DNA of 64,000 nt from Thermoplasmata archaeon (GCA_020348445.1 CP070751.1:532903-596902); one strand, 5' to 3'; shown: positions 19,094-29,491, numbered from the stretch's first letter. Translations and numbers: made by a program. The notes: a model not told the origin generated them from the letters alone.

Positions 19094-20470
19094 TTGAAGA
19101 ATGTAAACGATATTCCTAAGGGCCTTGTTAAAAAACTAAAGATCGCCCGGGAAATTGTGCTCAATGAAAAAGACACCATAAGATTAATTTCGCATTATGA
19201 TGCAGATGGAATCTGTGCAGCTGGTATTCTTTGTCACACACTCCTTCGCCAGGGCCTCAAATTCCATGTCACCTTGACACGAAGTTTGAAGGATGAATTC
19301 GTGGATATTCTGAAGAAAGAGGATTATCCTGTCACAATATTTTGTGATATGGGAAGTGGACATTTGGATGCTCTTAAAGAATTTAAGAATAAGGTCATCA
19401 TTTTGGACCACCACACCGCGCAAAGCAACTCCGATGAGCCATTATTGATCAATCCTCATTTTTATGGAATGGATGGCACATACGACATCTGTGGCTCTAG
19501 CCTTGCCTTCATGTTCGCATGCGTAATAAACGAAAAAAACTGGGATTTATCAGCATTGGCCTTGGCAGGAATAATCGGTGATAAACAGCATTTAGACGGC
19601 CTATCTGGCTACAATGCCCATCTGTTTGAGATGGCCAAGGATAAAGGTATCGTGGATGAGAGGAAAATGTTGAAGTTCAGTTCCAATTTGGTGAAAAACG
19701 CACTGCTTGAGGATCTGGACCCATTTATTAAGGGAATGACAGGAAGGGAAGATAGGATCTTGGAATTTATAAGAAATATGAAACTCGATTCTGATATTAA
19801 ATTCGAGGATCTGGATGAAGAGCAGATGCGGTTATTATTAAGTGCTATTATCATCAGGCTTCTTGCCCAAAAGGTTCGGCCGGAGATTGCAGAGGGCGTC
19901 ATTACAAAGAAATACTGGATTTGGAAAATGAACCTTTATGCAAGTGATCTTTCTAACTTTATCAATTCCTGCGGTCGCATGGATAATATGGGTACTGGGT
20001 TGGCATTATGCCTTGGAGAGGAAATGGCACTAAAGAAGGCAATCAAGCTGAGGGCAACTTACAAAGACGAGCTGAGATTTGGGCTTTTAAAGCTGGAGGA
20101 AGAAGGTGCCCATGATATGCAGAACATACAGTTCTTCTACAATGATAACTCTTCGCTTGCTGGTGCCTATGCAGGTTTGGGTATGATGTATCTTTTTAAT
20201 TCCGAAAAACCCACGTTCGCCCTTTCTGTTGAGGAAGAAAAAACAAAAGTTTCGTGTAGAGGGACCAAATATCTCGTATCAAAAGGACTTGACTTGGCAA
20301 GAGCCTGTAGAGATTCTGCAAATGAGGTGGGGGGAAGGGGAGGGGGGCATCCTGTGGCCTCAGGCGCCACGATACCCAAAGGAAAGGAGGAGGCGTTTTT
20401 AAAACATGTTGATGAAATTGTAGGGAAACAGCTTCAAGGTGCAGATGATACACCGGGAAATTCAGTTTAA
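19094..20470 (+). CDS. DHH/DHHA1 family phosphoesterase (archaeal RecJ-like)
   Basis: SHYDADGI, DMGSG, LDHH and GGGHPVASG motifs. It follows rps15, as in many archaea. Confidence 0.9.
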   Translation: MKNVNDIPKGLVKKLKIAREIVLNEKDTIRLISHYDADGICAAGILCHTLLRQGLKFHVTLTRSLKDEFVDILKKEDYPVTIFCDMGSGHLDALKEFKNKVIILDHHTAQSNSDEPLLINPHFYGMDGTYDICGSSLAFMFACVINEKNWDLSALALAGIIGDKQHLDGLSGYNAHLFEMAKDKGIVDERKMLKFSSNLVKNALLEDLDPFIKGMTGREDRILEFIRNMKLDSDIKFEDLDEEQMRLLLSAIIIRLLAQKVRPEIAEGVITKKYWIWKMNLYASDLSNFINSCGRMDNMGTGLALCLGEEMALKKAIKLRATYKDELRFGLLKLEEEGAHDMQNIQFFYNDNSSLAGAYAGLGMMYLFNSEKPTFALSVEEEKTKVSCRGTKYLVSKGLDLARACRDSANEVGGRGGGHPVASGATIPKGKEEAFLKHVDEIVGKQLQGADDTPGNSV

Positions 20471-20527
20471 ATGCAATAATATATATATGACATAATATTT
20501 TTATAATACCCAGGATCGTGATATTGT

Positions 20528-21352
20528 TTGTTAAAACAACCTGTGGATGAAAACATCTTTGAATATATTTTCAGCCGTTGGGATGTTAAAATCAAAATAG
20601 AGGACGAGGCAAGGGAATACAAAAACAGGATTTTAACGAGTCAGTACGGATTCGAAGATGGACCAATTGCTAAAAGAAAAAAGGAACTGGATAATCCAGA
20701 AGAAAATACGATATTTATTAAGGACCTAGCCCTGGATTTAGGTGCTGATTTGGTTGGGATCTCCAAGGTCAGGCGGGAGTACTTCTTCAAAGGCAGTGAG
20801 CTTGATCACAGGTTCGCAATATCCTTGGCCATGGAGATGGACTATGATAAAATCCAGGATTCGCCTGGTCCTCCATCCGCTACCGAAGTTATCAAAATAT
20901 ATTGCCTGCTTGGGGAAATTACTATAAAACTTGCATCAAAAATCAGGGAAATAGGTTACCCTGCTTTTGCCCATCATCCCAGGGCGAGCAGGAGGATTCA
21001 CGCGCGAATTCTACATATTCCAACTGCAATCGAGTCAGGTCTTGGAGAGCTTGGGAGGCTGGGTCTTTTAATAACACCTCAATATGGACCAAGGGTCAGG
21101 CTGGGCACAGTAACCACGAACCTTCCATTGATCCCTGATGAGCCCCTTAACTTCGGCGCATCCGAGTACTGTGAAAAATGCGATATCTGTGTTCGAGAAT
21201 GCGAGGGGGATGCCGTCCCCAAGAAGAAATCCAATGTCCGGGGATTTAAAAAGTACAGGGTGGATCCCTATAAATGCGGGCCGTACTTTGCTGAATACGA
21301 TGGCTGCTCTGTTTGCTTGAAGGTGTGTGCACTCAATAAACGGCCAGAGTGA
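20528..21352 (+). CDS. Cobalamin/Fe-S oxidoreductase of the reductive dehalogenase/QueG superfamily
   Basis: LGADLVGI, SGLGELGRLGLLITPQYGPRVRLGTVTTNLPL, CEKCDICVREC and KC...CSVCLKVC motifs. Confidence 0.8.
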   Translation: MLKQPVDENIFEYIFSRWDVKIKIEDEAREYKNRILTSQYGFEDGPIAKRKKELDNPEENTIFIKDLALDLGADLVGISKVRREYFFKGSELDHRFAISLAMEMDYDKIQDSPGPPSATEVIKIYCLLGEITIKLASKIREIGYPAFAHHPRASRRIHARILHIPTAIESGLGELGRLGLLITPQYGPRVRLGTVTTNLPLIPDEPLNFGASEYCEKCDICVRECEGDAVPKKKSNVRGFKKYRVDPYKCGPYFAEYDGCSVCLKVCALNKRPE

Positions 21353-21387
21353 CAGAAATTGGTATTTTTGGGATTTATACTGTTATT

Positions 21388-24300
21388 TTACCCTTCATCC
21401 CACTCAACAACCACGATCCCGATTACCGCCTTCTCGCCAGCCAGTTCCTTCTCCACAACGTAATAACCTGAATCCCCTCCCTCGAAAATATTGTCGAATG
21501 GAAACTCCACAGAATATGAGCGAGTTTTTGATGTGATGAGTTCCTTTTGGCCTTCAAGAATCTCGGCAGTTTTATCTGGAACAAAGATCTGAGTTTCTAT
21601 GTAGTCTTCCTCTTTGATCTTCAATTCCTTTCTCATGTCATTTATGTACCCGATAAGCTCATCAACGATCCCTTCAGATTTCATCTCCTCTGTCAATTCT
21701 TTATCGATGTAAATCTTTCCCTTTTCGAACTCCTTTTCCACCACATTTTCAGGTGTGCTCAGCTTGAATTCCAACATAGCGTTTGTGATTTTTACAGGAT
21801 AACCCTCTACACCAAGGGTGTATTCCCCTTCCTTTTCTAGGCTCTCTTTGATCTTCCATGGTGATTGATATCGAAGGAGAGTCATCACCTTGCTGGCCTG
21901 CTGCTTGTAGGCACGAAATATTACCTCTTTTTTTGGAATCAATTCCAAATTTAGACCCTGCCATTCCGTACCCGGCTTTAAGAGCTCCAAATTCTTTGCC
22001 TTCACCTTTCTAATAATTGGGATCTCAAACTTTGTTACAGCGTCTCTTACCTCATCTTCCGAGGATTTTATCACTACATTCTTTATTGGATCTGTTTCAT
22101 TTAATCCAGATTCATTTCGCATACCTAAAATAACCTCGATAACCCCGTCTACTATTTTCAGATAGTGCTCTAGGCTGTCACCGATATCCCTTATAATATG
22201 CTCATCAACATCACTTAATAACGCATGTTTGAGCTCTTCCATTCCCTCCTTTTTTGTCCGGTATTCTGCACTGGTTTCCTCTGCTTCGCGGCTCATCTTT
22301 TCCAGGTAGTTCCACGCGTTTTCAAATCCCTCCTTTTCTATGATTTCGATGAGCTTATTGGTAAAGGTCTCAGGGCCCACGATGTCAACACCCTCCTCGC
22401 TTGCAGCTTGGATCAGTCTGATCGTCGAGGCCACGGTTCCTGATTCAAATCCCTCAACCTCTGCTCCCTTTTCATCCGTGACCTTCATTAACTTTTCTAT
22501 TAGTTCTTCTAAACCTCCCAGTTTATCATAAGTACCATCCCAGTCTCCGAGTACAGAACCGTACTTCTGCTCCACTTCATTTACAACTTCTAACATGTAT
22601 AGCGGCAGATATTTGGGTTCTCCCCCTATAAGGACGGCAACCAGGTAGGTATATCGACCATGCTCAATCATCAACTTGCTCGGTCCAAAATCCATTCTTT
22701 TAAGACCCACATCCTCCATTCTCTTAAACGAATCCTTAACAAAATCCTGAATCGCTGTCAACATCCCACTGAACACATCACTGTCCACATCCGTCTGCAA
22801 TCTTCTGGTAACCTGAGTTACCAAAATCCCGCTATTATGTATGAGAAATACATTTTCTATTGAGTATGTCCCGCTCTCATCAATTTCAATTTTCTTTCCC
22901 AGGGTAAGCTGATAGATGGTATCATCAAAGGCTCTTTGGTATGTAAGGAGGACATCTGTATCGAGATCTCCGGATTCTTTAGGTTTCAATCCTATTTCTA
23001 TCTGCTTCTTCTCACCTGCATCGAGTTTTTCTAATCTGTCAAGCCCCTTAACTTCCACCTCCCCCTGAAAGCTGATATCCACATTTTTAGCTGCAAGGTC
23101 TCCTGTGTTGTCTATCTCGATTACACATTTGTTCCAATAATCAGCCTCCATGCCGCCCTTTGGAAGTTTCAAAGTAAACTTTGGGAATTTACCTTGTATA
23201 TACTCTTCTACATTGCTTGAGGTTATACCTCTTGCTTTTTCTATCAATTCCTTTGCCTCATGAAAGTGATCAATATTCAGCTCATTTTCGGCCTCAACCA
23301 AAAGATCATATGCCTCCTGAACATCAACCTTCATTTCCTTTATCTCGGCCAAAGTCTCCTTTACAGTTTCAAGTTCCACTTTTATATCGTGTTTTATCCT
23401 CAGGTCCTCGGCAAGTTTTTCTGCCTCATCAACATGTTCCTTTGCAGATTCGAATTTATTGGTTTTAAATTCCTTGTCTGCGAGAGCCAAAATTGCCTCT
23501 GGTTTTTCGACATCAATTCCCATTTCCTTAAATTGTGATATAAGGACCATTGCGTTTTTGATCCTTCTCCATATTATGTCTGTCTTTTGCTTTAATTTCA
23601 CTTCCTCAAGTTTCTTTTGGAATTTATCCTGAAAATTATCGATTTCTTCGAAGTTACCAGCATCTATGGCGCGTTCGGCCTCTTCAATTAGGGCCAAGAA
23701 TTCATCCTCACTCATTCCCCCTTCCTTTGCAACCGACATAAGATCCCTCATAGCAGAAATCTTTGTCCTGGCGGTGTCGGTGCTTATCTCTTTTTCCACC
23801 TCTTTTCCTTTATTTTGAAGGTAGGACCATGCTCGTTCGAATCCCCCTTCTTCAATGTTCTCGAGAAACTCATTTATAAATGCTTCCTGTCCGCTCTCCA
23901 ATACACCCTTTTCCTCAGCTTCCTCGATTTGCCTGATTGTGGAAGCTACCAATCCTGATTCAAATCCTACAATATCTGCACCTTTCTCGTCAGTGACCTG
24001 CAACAGCTTCTTAATGTAAATTTCTATTCCTTCGAGTTGGGAAAGATCACCACGCCATCCTTCAAGAATAGCGCCGTACTCCTCCTCCAATTCCTTTATC
24101 ACCTCAACCATATACAATGGAAGGTATCTTGGCTCACCGCCTGCAAGTATAGCAGTAAGAAAGATGTCGTGACCGTGCTCAATCAATATCTTGTTTCCGC
24201 CAAAGTCCATTCTCTTAAGTCCCACATCATCTGTTCTCTGAAAGGAATCCTTTATGAAGTCCTGAACAGCCGTGAACATACCGCTGAATATGTCTCTGTC

Positions 24301-27300
24301 AAGTTCTGTTTCCATTTTTCTGCTAGCTTGGCTGATAAGGATACCACTGTTGTGTATCAGCAGAACCTCTTCTATCATGTAAGTGCCACTAGCGTCAGCT
24401 ATGATATTCTTCCCGATATTTAGCTGATAGATGGTATCATCAAAAGCCCTTTGATAGGCCAAAACAACATTCATATCCAATTTTCCGGCTTCTTTTGGTT
24501 TTATACCGATGTCCACCTGCCATGTCTCTCCAATTTCGATTTTTTCAATTCTTTCTATGCCTTTAACCTCCAAATTTCCGCTGATGCTTATGTTCACATT
24601 CTTTGCATAAAGTTCCCCTATATTTGAAATCTCTATTTGACATTTGTTCCATACATCGGCCTCCATTCCCCCCTCCGGTATATCTAATGTGAACTTTGGA
24701 TATTTCCCTTCGATAAAATCCTCAATATTATTTGAAATGATGTTCCTCGCCTTTTTAATCAATTCCCTTGCTTTTTCCAAGTTGAACACTATTATCTCAT
24801 TCTCTGCTTCAATCAAAATAACATCCGATTCACCAACATCAACACCCAACTCCCTGATCTCATCTTGGGTCTTGCGTACAGAATTTAGCTCGATTTCTAC
24901 ATCATGCTTTCGCCGCATTTCATCGGCAATCTGTTCAGCTTCATCCACGAGCTCCTCTGCTTTTTCGTATTCACCTGCCTTAAACTTTAAATCGGCCATG
25001 GCCAAAAGCTCCTCTGGCTTTCCCACATCAACTCCCATATCCTTAAACTGAGAAATCAGAACCAAGGCGTTATTTATCCGCCTTTCGATGATATCTGTCC
25101 TTTGTTTAAATTTAGCTTCTTCCATTTTTTTCTCGAATGTATCCTTGTATTCATCGATAACGTCAAAATTTTCAGAGGCAAGGGCTGACTCGGCCTCGCT
25201 AACTATAGAGAGGGTTTCTTCGGTGCTTATACCCCATTCCTTTGCAGAGGATAAAAGGTCTCTCATAGCCGATATCTTTTCTTTGGCCTTCTCGGTATTT
25301 ATTTCCTTAGTTACATATTCTCCTTTATCTTCAATATAGTTCCAGGCATGTTCAAATCCCATATTTTGCATGGTTTCTATGAACTCTTCTACAAAGGCTT
25401 CCTGCCCCCCCTTGAGAATACCATCAGCTTCAGCAGCCTCAATGAGTCTTATTGTCTCAGCAACCTTACCAGATTCGAATCCAGCTACATCAGCACCTTT
25501 TTCATCTGTTACATGCAGAAGTCTTGCAATAATTTCGTCAACACCATCCACCTCTGAATGGTCCCCCCGCCATTTTTCAAGAACAGGACCGTATTTCTCT
25601 TGCACCTCCCTTAGAATCTCCACCATGAACAGCGGTAAAAATCTCGGTTCACCTCCAATAGTTATGGCTGTAAGAAAAATATTATTCCCGTGCTCTAGTA
25701 ATATCTTATTTGCCCCGAAATCCATCCTTTTTAGCCCCACATCAGCGGTTTTTTGAAAAGAATCCCTGATAAAATCCTGAACAGCCGTGAACATCCCGCT
25801 AAATATATCTCTGTCAATATCCATCTCCATTTTTCTGCTGGCTTGGGAAATGAGGATGCCGCTTCTGTGTATCAAAAGTACCTCTTCGATAAGGTAGGTT
25901 CCGCTGGTGTCAGCCATGATCTTCATCGCCATATCGAGCTGGAAAACGGTTTCATCAAAGGCTCTTTGATATTTGAAGAGAACATCCATATCGAGTTTTC
26001 CAGACTCCTTTGGTTTTACCCCGATTTCCATACGTTTTTTCTCACCTGCTCCCAGCTTTTCGATTCTGGAAAGCCCCTTTACATCCATGTCACCCTTGAA
26101 AATCATATCAACATTTTTAGCCCCTATATCACCTGTGTTAGCTATCTCGATTGTACATTTATTCCATGTATCTGCCTCTATACCGGTTTCAGGGAGTTTT
26201 ACCAAAAACTTGGGGGATTTGCCCTCGATGAAGTCCTGAATTCTGTTTGAACTGATGCTTTTTGCTTTTTGAATCAATTCTGTTGCCTGGTTAACATTGT
26301 TGGCCCCAATTTCAATCTCAGCTTGGGTCAATAGAGAATTTGCCTCTTCAATATCGACACCTGAATCCCTTGCTTCAGTTATTATGTTTTTAATGGACTC
26401 AAGTTCATGTTCTGTGTCGTGTTTCTGATGATGCTCTTTTGCTGTTTTTTGGGCATTATCCGCGTGCTCATCGGCTTTTTCGAAATTATGTGCGGACAAT
26501 TCTTGATCTGCAAGCATCAGAAGTTCCTCGGCCCTTTCGACTTTTATCTTCTGTTCTTTTAATTGGGCAATCATAGCTCGGACTTTCTCGATTTTCTTAC
26601 CGATTATATCGGTCCTGTGCATTACTTTGGCTTCATCCAGCTTATCCTCAAATGACTCCTTGTACTCCTCAATTATGTCGAAATCCTTGGCCTCGAATGC
26701 CTCCTCGGCCTTTTTTAGCAGGGTCATGAATTCTGGTCCCTCTATCCCCAATTCCTTTGCTGAAGTTAAAAGGTCCCTCATGGCAGTTATTCTTGCCCTA
26801 GCCATCTCCGCACTTATCTTTCTTTCAGCCTCACTGAAAATCATATCGATCTTCTCGAGATCCACGAGCTTTGCTTTGGAGAACAGATCGGATGCAAGAC
26901 TTCCTATGGGTATATTCAATGATTTGGCTATTGCATTTAACTCCGAGATTATCTGTTCTATTTCTGAATGGTCTATTTTCTCAGCTGCCACCTTGGCCCT
27001 TTCAAAGAGCATTCTTAAATCAGTTGCATCAAGGCCTCTTGCCTCGGCCTTATGCATTATATGGTCTATGGTTGCTATCAAAACGTTTGCGGCTTTGCGT
27101 TCCATGGCCTTTTTAATCCTTCTTTTTATCTTCCTAATCAGGCTTCTGACCTCTGCATAATCTCGCATCTCCAGGGATGACTCCGCCTCTACAAGCAGCT
27201 CCTCGATTTCCTCGGTCTGAACTCCCACGTGTTTTAAAGATTCTACTTCTGGTTTCAAACCCGCTATGAGTTCTTTAACCTTCATATGTTTTTGAAGTTT

Positions 27301-27903
27301 GGTTGCTGCGTTTTTTGCATTTCTTACCAATTGGCTGACAACACCGTAATCCTTTTTTTCCAGGGCGGCCCGAGCCTCATCTAGGAATTTTTCGGCCTCT
27401 GTTACATCAGCTCCCACCATTTTTGCGTTTGCGATATCGTTCTTACTATTTTCGATCATGAGATATGCCCTATGGTATCTCTTAGCCTCCTTGGCCTCAC
27501 GCTTGGCAGATCTTATATGTTCACTAACATCACCGTACATCTTATTTTGAAGGGATTCCCTGGCCCTCTCAATAAAACTCTCGGCTGCGCTTGCATCGGC
27601 TCCGGCCCTTCTCGCATCATTTACCACAGGCAAGGCATGTTTGATAAGAAGATCAGCACGGTGATAGCGTTTTGCATCAGCAGCAGCGGTTTTAGCCTTT
27701 TTAACAGAGATCCTTACCTGTTTAATATTCAATTCAGAAAGAAAGGCCCTAGCCTCATCCAGGTACATCTTTGCCTCAGATAAATCTGCACCTGTTTTCT
27801 CGGCCTCATTTATGTCGATTTCCGCACTTTTTACAAGTACTTCTGCGTCTTCAAGCTCTTTCGAGCTCACTTGGGGTCTTTCACCTGTATCTTCATCTGC
27901 CAC
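21388..27903 (-). CDS. 2171-aa soluble multidomain protein: helical repeats, three 505-aa modules (helical + Ig-like + longin-like) and an IleRS-C-terminal-like domain
   Basis: Uninterrupted ORF with a GGGGAGG RBS. The triplicated motif Y.IE.V.LIH.SG begins at nt 25896, 24381 and 22866 (1515-nt spacing). The C-terminus carries IDKELTEEMKSEG...INDMRKEL...DYIE. No TM or signal peptide seen. Confidence 0.8.
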   Translation of the reverse strand: MADEDTGERPQVSSKELEDAEVLVKSAEIDINEAEKTGADLSEAKMYLDEARAFLSELNIKQVRISVKKAKTAAADAKRYHRADLLIKHALPVVNDARRAGADASAAESFIERARESLQNKMYGDVSEHIRSAKREAKEAKRYHRAYLMIENSKNDIANAKMVGADVTEAEKFLDEARAALEKKDYGVVSQLVRNAKNAATKLQKHMKVKELIAGLKPEVESLKHVGVQTEEIEELLVEAESSLEMRDYAEVRSLIRKIKRRIKKAMERKAANVLIATIDHIMHKAEARGLDATDLRMLFERAKVAAEKIDHSEIEQIISELNAIAKSLNIPIGSLASDLFSKAKLVDLEKIDMIFSEAERKISAEMARARITAMRDLLTSAKELGIEGPEFMTLLKKAEEAFEAKDFDIIEEYKESFEDKLDEAKVMHRTDIIGKKIEKVRAMIAQLKEQKIKVERAEELLMLADQELSAHNFEKADEHADNAQKTAKEHHQKHDTEHELESIKNIITEARDSGVDIEEANSLLTQAEIEIGANNVNQATELIQKAKSISSNRIQDFIEGKSPKFLVKLPETGIEADTWNKCTIEIANTGDIGAKNVDMIFKGDMDVKGLSRIEKLGAGEKKRMEIGVKPKESGKLDMDVLFKYQRAFDETVFQLDMAMKIMADTSGTYLIEEVLLIHRSGILISQASRKMEMDIDRDIFSGMFTAVQDFIRDSFQKTADVGLKRMDFGANKILLEHGNNIFLTAITIGGEPRFLPLFMVEILREVQEKYGPVLEKWRGDHSEVDGVDEIIARLLHVTDEKGADVAGFESGKVAETIRLIEAAEADGILKGGQEAFVEEFIETMQNMGFEHAWNYIEDKGEYVTKEINTEKAKEKISAMRDLLSSAKEWGISTEETLSIVSEAESALASENFDVIDEYKDTFEKKMEEAKFKQRTDIIERRINNALVLISQFKDMGVDVGKPEELLAMADLKFKAGEYEKAEELVDEAEQIADEMRRKHDVEIELNSVRKTQDEIRELGVDVGESDVILIEAENEIIVFNLEKARELIKKARNIISNNIEDFIEGKYPKFTLDIPEGGMEADVWNKCQIEISNIGELYAKNVNISISGNLEVKGIERIEKIEIGETWQVDIGIKPKEAGKLDMNVVLAYQRAFDDTIYQLNIGKNIIADASGTYMIEEVLLIHNSGILISQASRKMETELDRDIFSGMFTAVQDFIKDSFQRTDDVGLKRMDFGGNKILIEHGHDIFLTAILAGGEPRYLPLYMVEVIKELEEEYGAILEGWRGDLSQLEGIEIYIKKLLQVTDEKGADIVGFESGLVASTIRQIEEAEEKGVLESGQEAFINEFLENIEEGGFERAWSYLQNKGKEVEKEISTDTARTKISAMRDLMSVAKEGGMSEDEFLALIEEAERAIDAGNFEEIDNFQDKFQKKLEEVKLKQKTDIIWRRIKNAMVLISQFKEMGIDVEKPEAILALADKEFKTNKFESAKEHVDEAEKLAEDLRIKHDIKVELETVKETLAEIKEMKVDVQEAYDLLVEAENELNIDHFHEAKELIEKARGITSSNVEEYIQGKFPKFTLKLPKGGMEADYWNKCVIEIDNTGDLAAKNVDISFQGEVEVKGLDRLEKLDAGEKKQIEIGLKPKESGDLDTDVLLTYQRAFDDTIYQLTLGKKIEIDESGTYSIENVFLIHNSGILVTQVTRRLQTDVDSDVFSGMLTAIQDFVKDSFKRMEDVGLKRMDFGPSKLMIEHGRYTYLVAVLIGGEPKYLPLYMLEVVNEVEQKYGSVLGDWDGTYDKLGGLEELIEKLMKVTDEKGAEVEGFESGTVASTIRLIQAASEEGVDIVGPETFTNKLIEIIEKEGFENAWNYLEKMSREAEETSAEYRTKKEGMEELKHALLSDVDEHIIRDIGDSLEHYLKIVDGVIEVILGMRNESGLNETDPIKNVVIKSSEDEVRDAVTKFEIPIIRKVKAKNLELLKPGTEWQGLNLELIPKKEVIFRAYKQQASKVMTLLRYQSPWKIKESLEKEGEYTLGVEGYPVKITNAMLEFKLSTPENVVEKEFEKGKIYIDKELTEEMKSEGIVDELIGYINDMRKELKIKEEDYIETQIFVPDKTAEILEGQKELITSKTRSYSVEFPFDNIFEGGDSGYYVVEKELAGEKAVIGIVVVEWDEG

Positions 27904-28021
27904 TACTTTATCCTCCCCAGGTGTTGTGAATATCTATCTCCAACACTACCACTTAAATATATATTAATTATTAAATTTATCGACATTTTTATCAAGTATT
28001 TAAGTATATCATATTAAAATC

Positions 28022-28033
28022 AAAAAAAAAAAA
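28022..28033 (-). terminator. Oligo-T tract downstream of folC (archaeal-type terminator)
   Basis: A run of 12 A on the + strand, 35 nt beyond the folC stop. Confidence 0.4.
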
Positions 28034-28067
28034 GCGGCCAGTGCCTCAAAATGAAGGAAAAGTGGAA

Positions 28068-29369
28068 TCAATGTCCCTCTATATTTAAGGTAGCCATGGC
28101 CTCACTGACATTGAAAATCGAGCCTGATATGCATATAATCCCGTTTTTTTCCGCTTTTTTTATTGCTTGGCTAACAGCCTCTGCAACATTTTCGATAACA
28201 ACAACATCGCTAAGGTACTTTTTTGCCTCGCTTTCTATCCTTTCAGGTAAAGCAGCCCTTTCGAACTTCGGTTTCGTGACTATGATGCAATGTGCCTTAG
28301 GGGCCACCTCCTTTATAATCCCTGGGATATCCTTATCCCTCATTATACCAATTACAAATGTAAGTGGTCTTTTTGAAAACAAATCCGTCAATGTGGATAC
28401 CAAAGCCCTCATCCCCGCAGGATTATGTGCGCAATCAAGTACTATAGTTGGCTCTTTTTGTACTATTTCCATTCTGGCGGGCCACCTTGTGGTCTCAAAT
28501 CCCCTTTTGACACTTTCTTCGGGAATGTCCATTCCTTTCTTTTTTAAAACCTCCAGCGTTAACACGCAAACCAGTGCATTTTTAAGTTGATACTCCCCCA
28601 AAAGTGGTATCTTTAAATCTTTATATCGACGATCTTTCAATTCTATCTCAAATATCTGCCCATCAAGACTCGATTCATTACTAATTATATTCCCTTGCTC
28701 CTTATGAGAATATATCTGGGCCTTTTTCTCCTCACATATCTTTTTTATAATATTTAGTATGTCATCATCCTCTATCCCCGTTACAACCGGAACATTATTC
28801 TTTATTATACCAGCTTTTTCCCTTGCCACTTCCTTAAATGTTTTTCCCAGAACATGTGTATGATCCAAGGCAATGGTTGTAATGACCGAAGCTGTGGGAT
28901 ATACGACGTTCGTGGCATCCAGTCTTCCACCTAGTCCCACCTCCAGTATGGCGATATCCACTTTTTCTTCCTTAAAGTGCTCAAATGCCATTGCACATGC
29001 GGTCTCAAAAAAGGTTGGATGGTCGAATTTTCCGCTCTTTACCATTGATTCGGATATGGACTTAATTCTTTCTGCCAGCTGGATTACCTTGTCCTTGGAA
29101 ATTTTATTTTGGTCAACCAGAATACGCTCCTCGAAGGATAATAGATGGGGAGATGTAAACAAACCCACCTTGTAACCTGCCGAAACCAAAATAGATGAAA
29201 GCATGGCACAGACCGAACCCTTGCCGTTTGTACCAGCGACATGTACGGCCTTCATGTTTTTTTGCGGATCGCCCAGTGTTTTTAAAAGAAACTCGATTCT
29301 CTCAAGCCCCAAGCTCATTCCGTATATCTTGAGGTTAAAGAGATATTCAATGGCTTCATCGTAGTCCAT
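28068..29369 (-). CDS. folC: Folylpolyglutamate synthase/dihydrofolate synthase
   Basis: HVAGTNGKGS, FTSPHL, PTFFE, EVGLGGRLDATN, DHTHVLG and LDCAHNP motifs. AGGAG RBS before ATG 29369. Confidence 0.95.
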   Translation of the reverse strand: MDYDEAIEYLFNLKIYGMSLGLERIEFLLKTLGDPQKNMKAVHVAGTNGKGSVCAMLSSILVSAGYKVGLFTSPHLLSFEERILVDQNKISKDKVIQLAERIKSISESMVKSGKFDHPTFFETACAMAFEHFKEEKVDIAILEVGLGGRLDATNVVYPTASVITTIALDHTHVLGKTFKEVAREKAGIIKNNVPVVTGIEDDDILNIIKKICEEKKAQIYSHKEQGNIISNESSLDGQIFEIELKDRRYKDLKIPLLGEYQLKNALVCVLTLEVLKKKGMDIPEESVKRGFETTRWPARMEIVQKEPTIVLDCAHNPAGMRALVSTLTDLFSKRPLTFVIGIMRDKDIPGIIKEVAPKAHCIIVTKPKFERAALPERIESEAKKYLSDVVVIENVAEAVSQAIKKAEKNGIICISGSIFNVSEAMATLNIEGH

Positions 29370-29491
29370 TTTTCTCCTGCCACCCAAAGCCTTTCTGGTT
29401 AATAAGGCTGACGAAAGAGCAGGTAACCTACTACAACACTCACTGAGGTTTTATGTCCCCTTAAAATCCAAAAGGTATCTTTCGAAAAAGC

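Noticed and set aside
20328-20352. G-rich run as a G-quadruplex element
   Set aside because: It encodes the conserved GGRGGGH motif of the DHHA1 domain.
28051-28590. 179-aa + strand ORF
   Set aside because: It is antisense to folC, with no motifs.
29408-29417. CUGACGA...GAAA as a hammerhead ribozyme core
   Set aside because: No stem II between the core motifs and no flanking stems I/III could be built.
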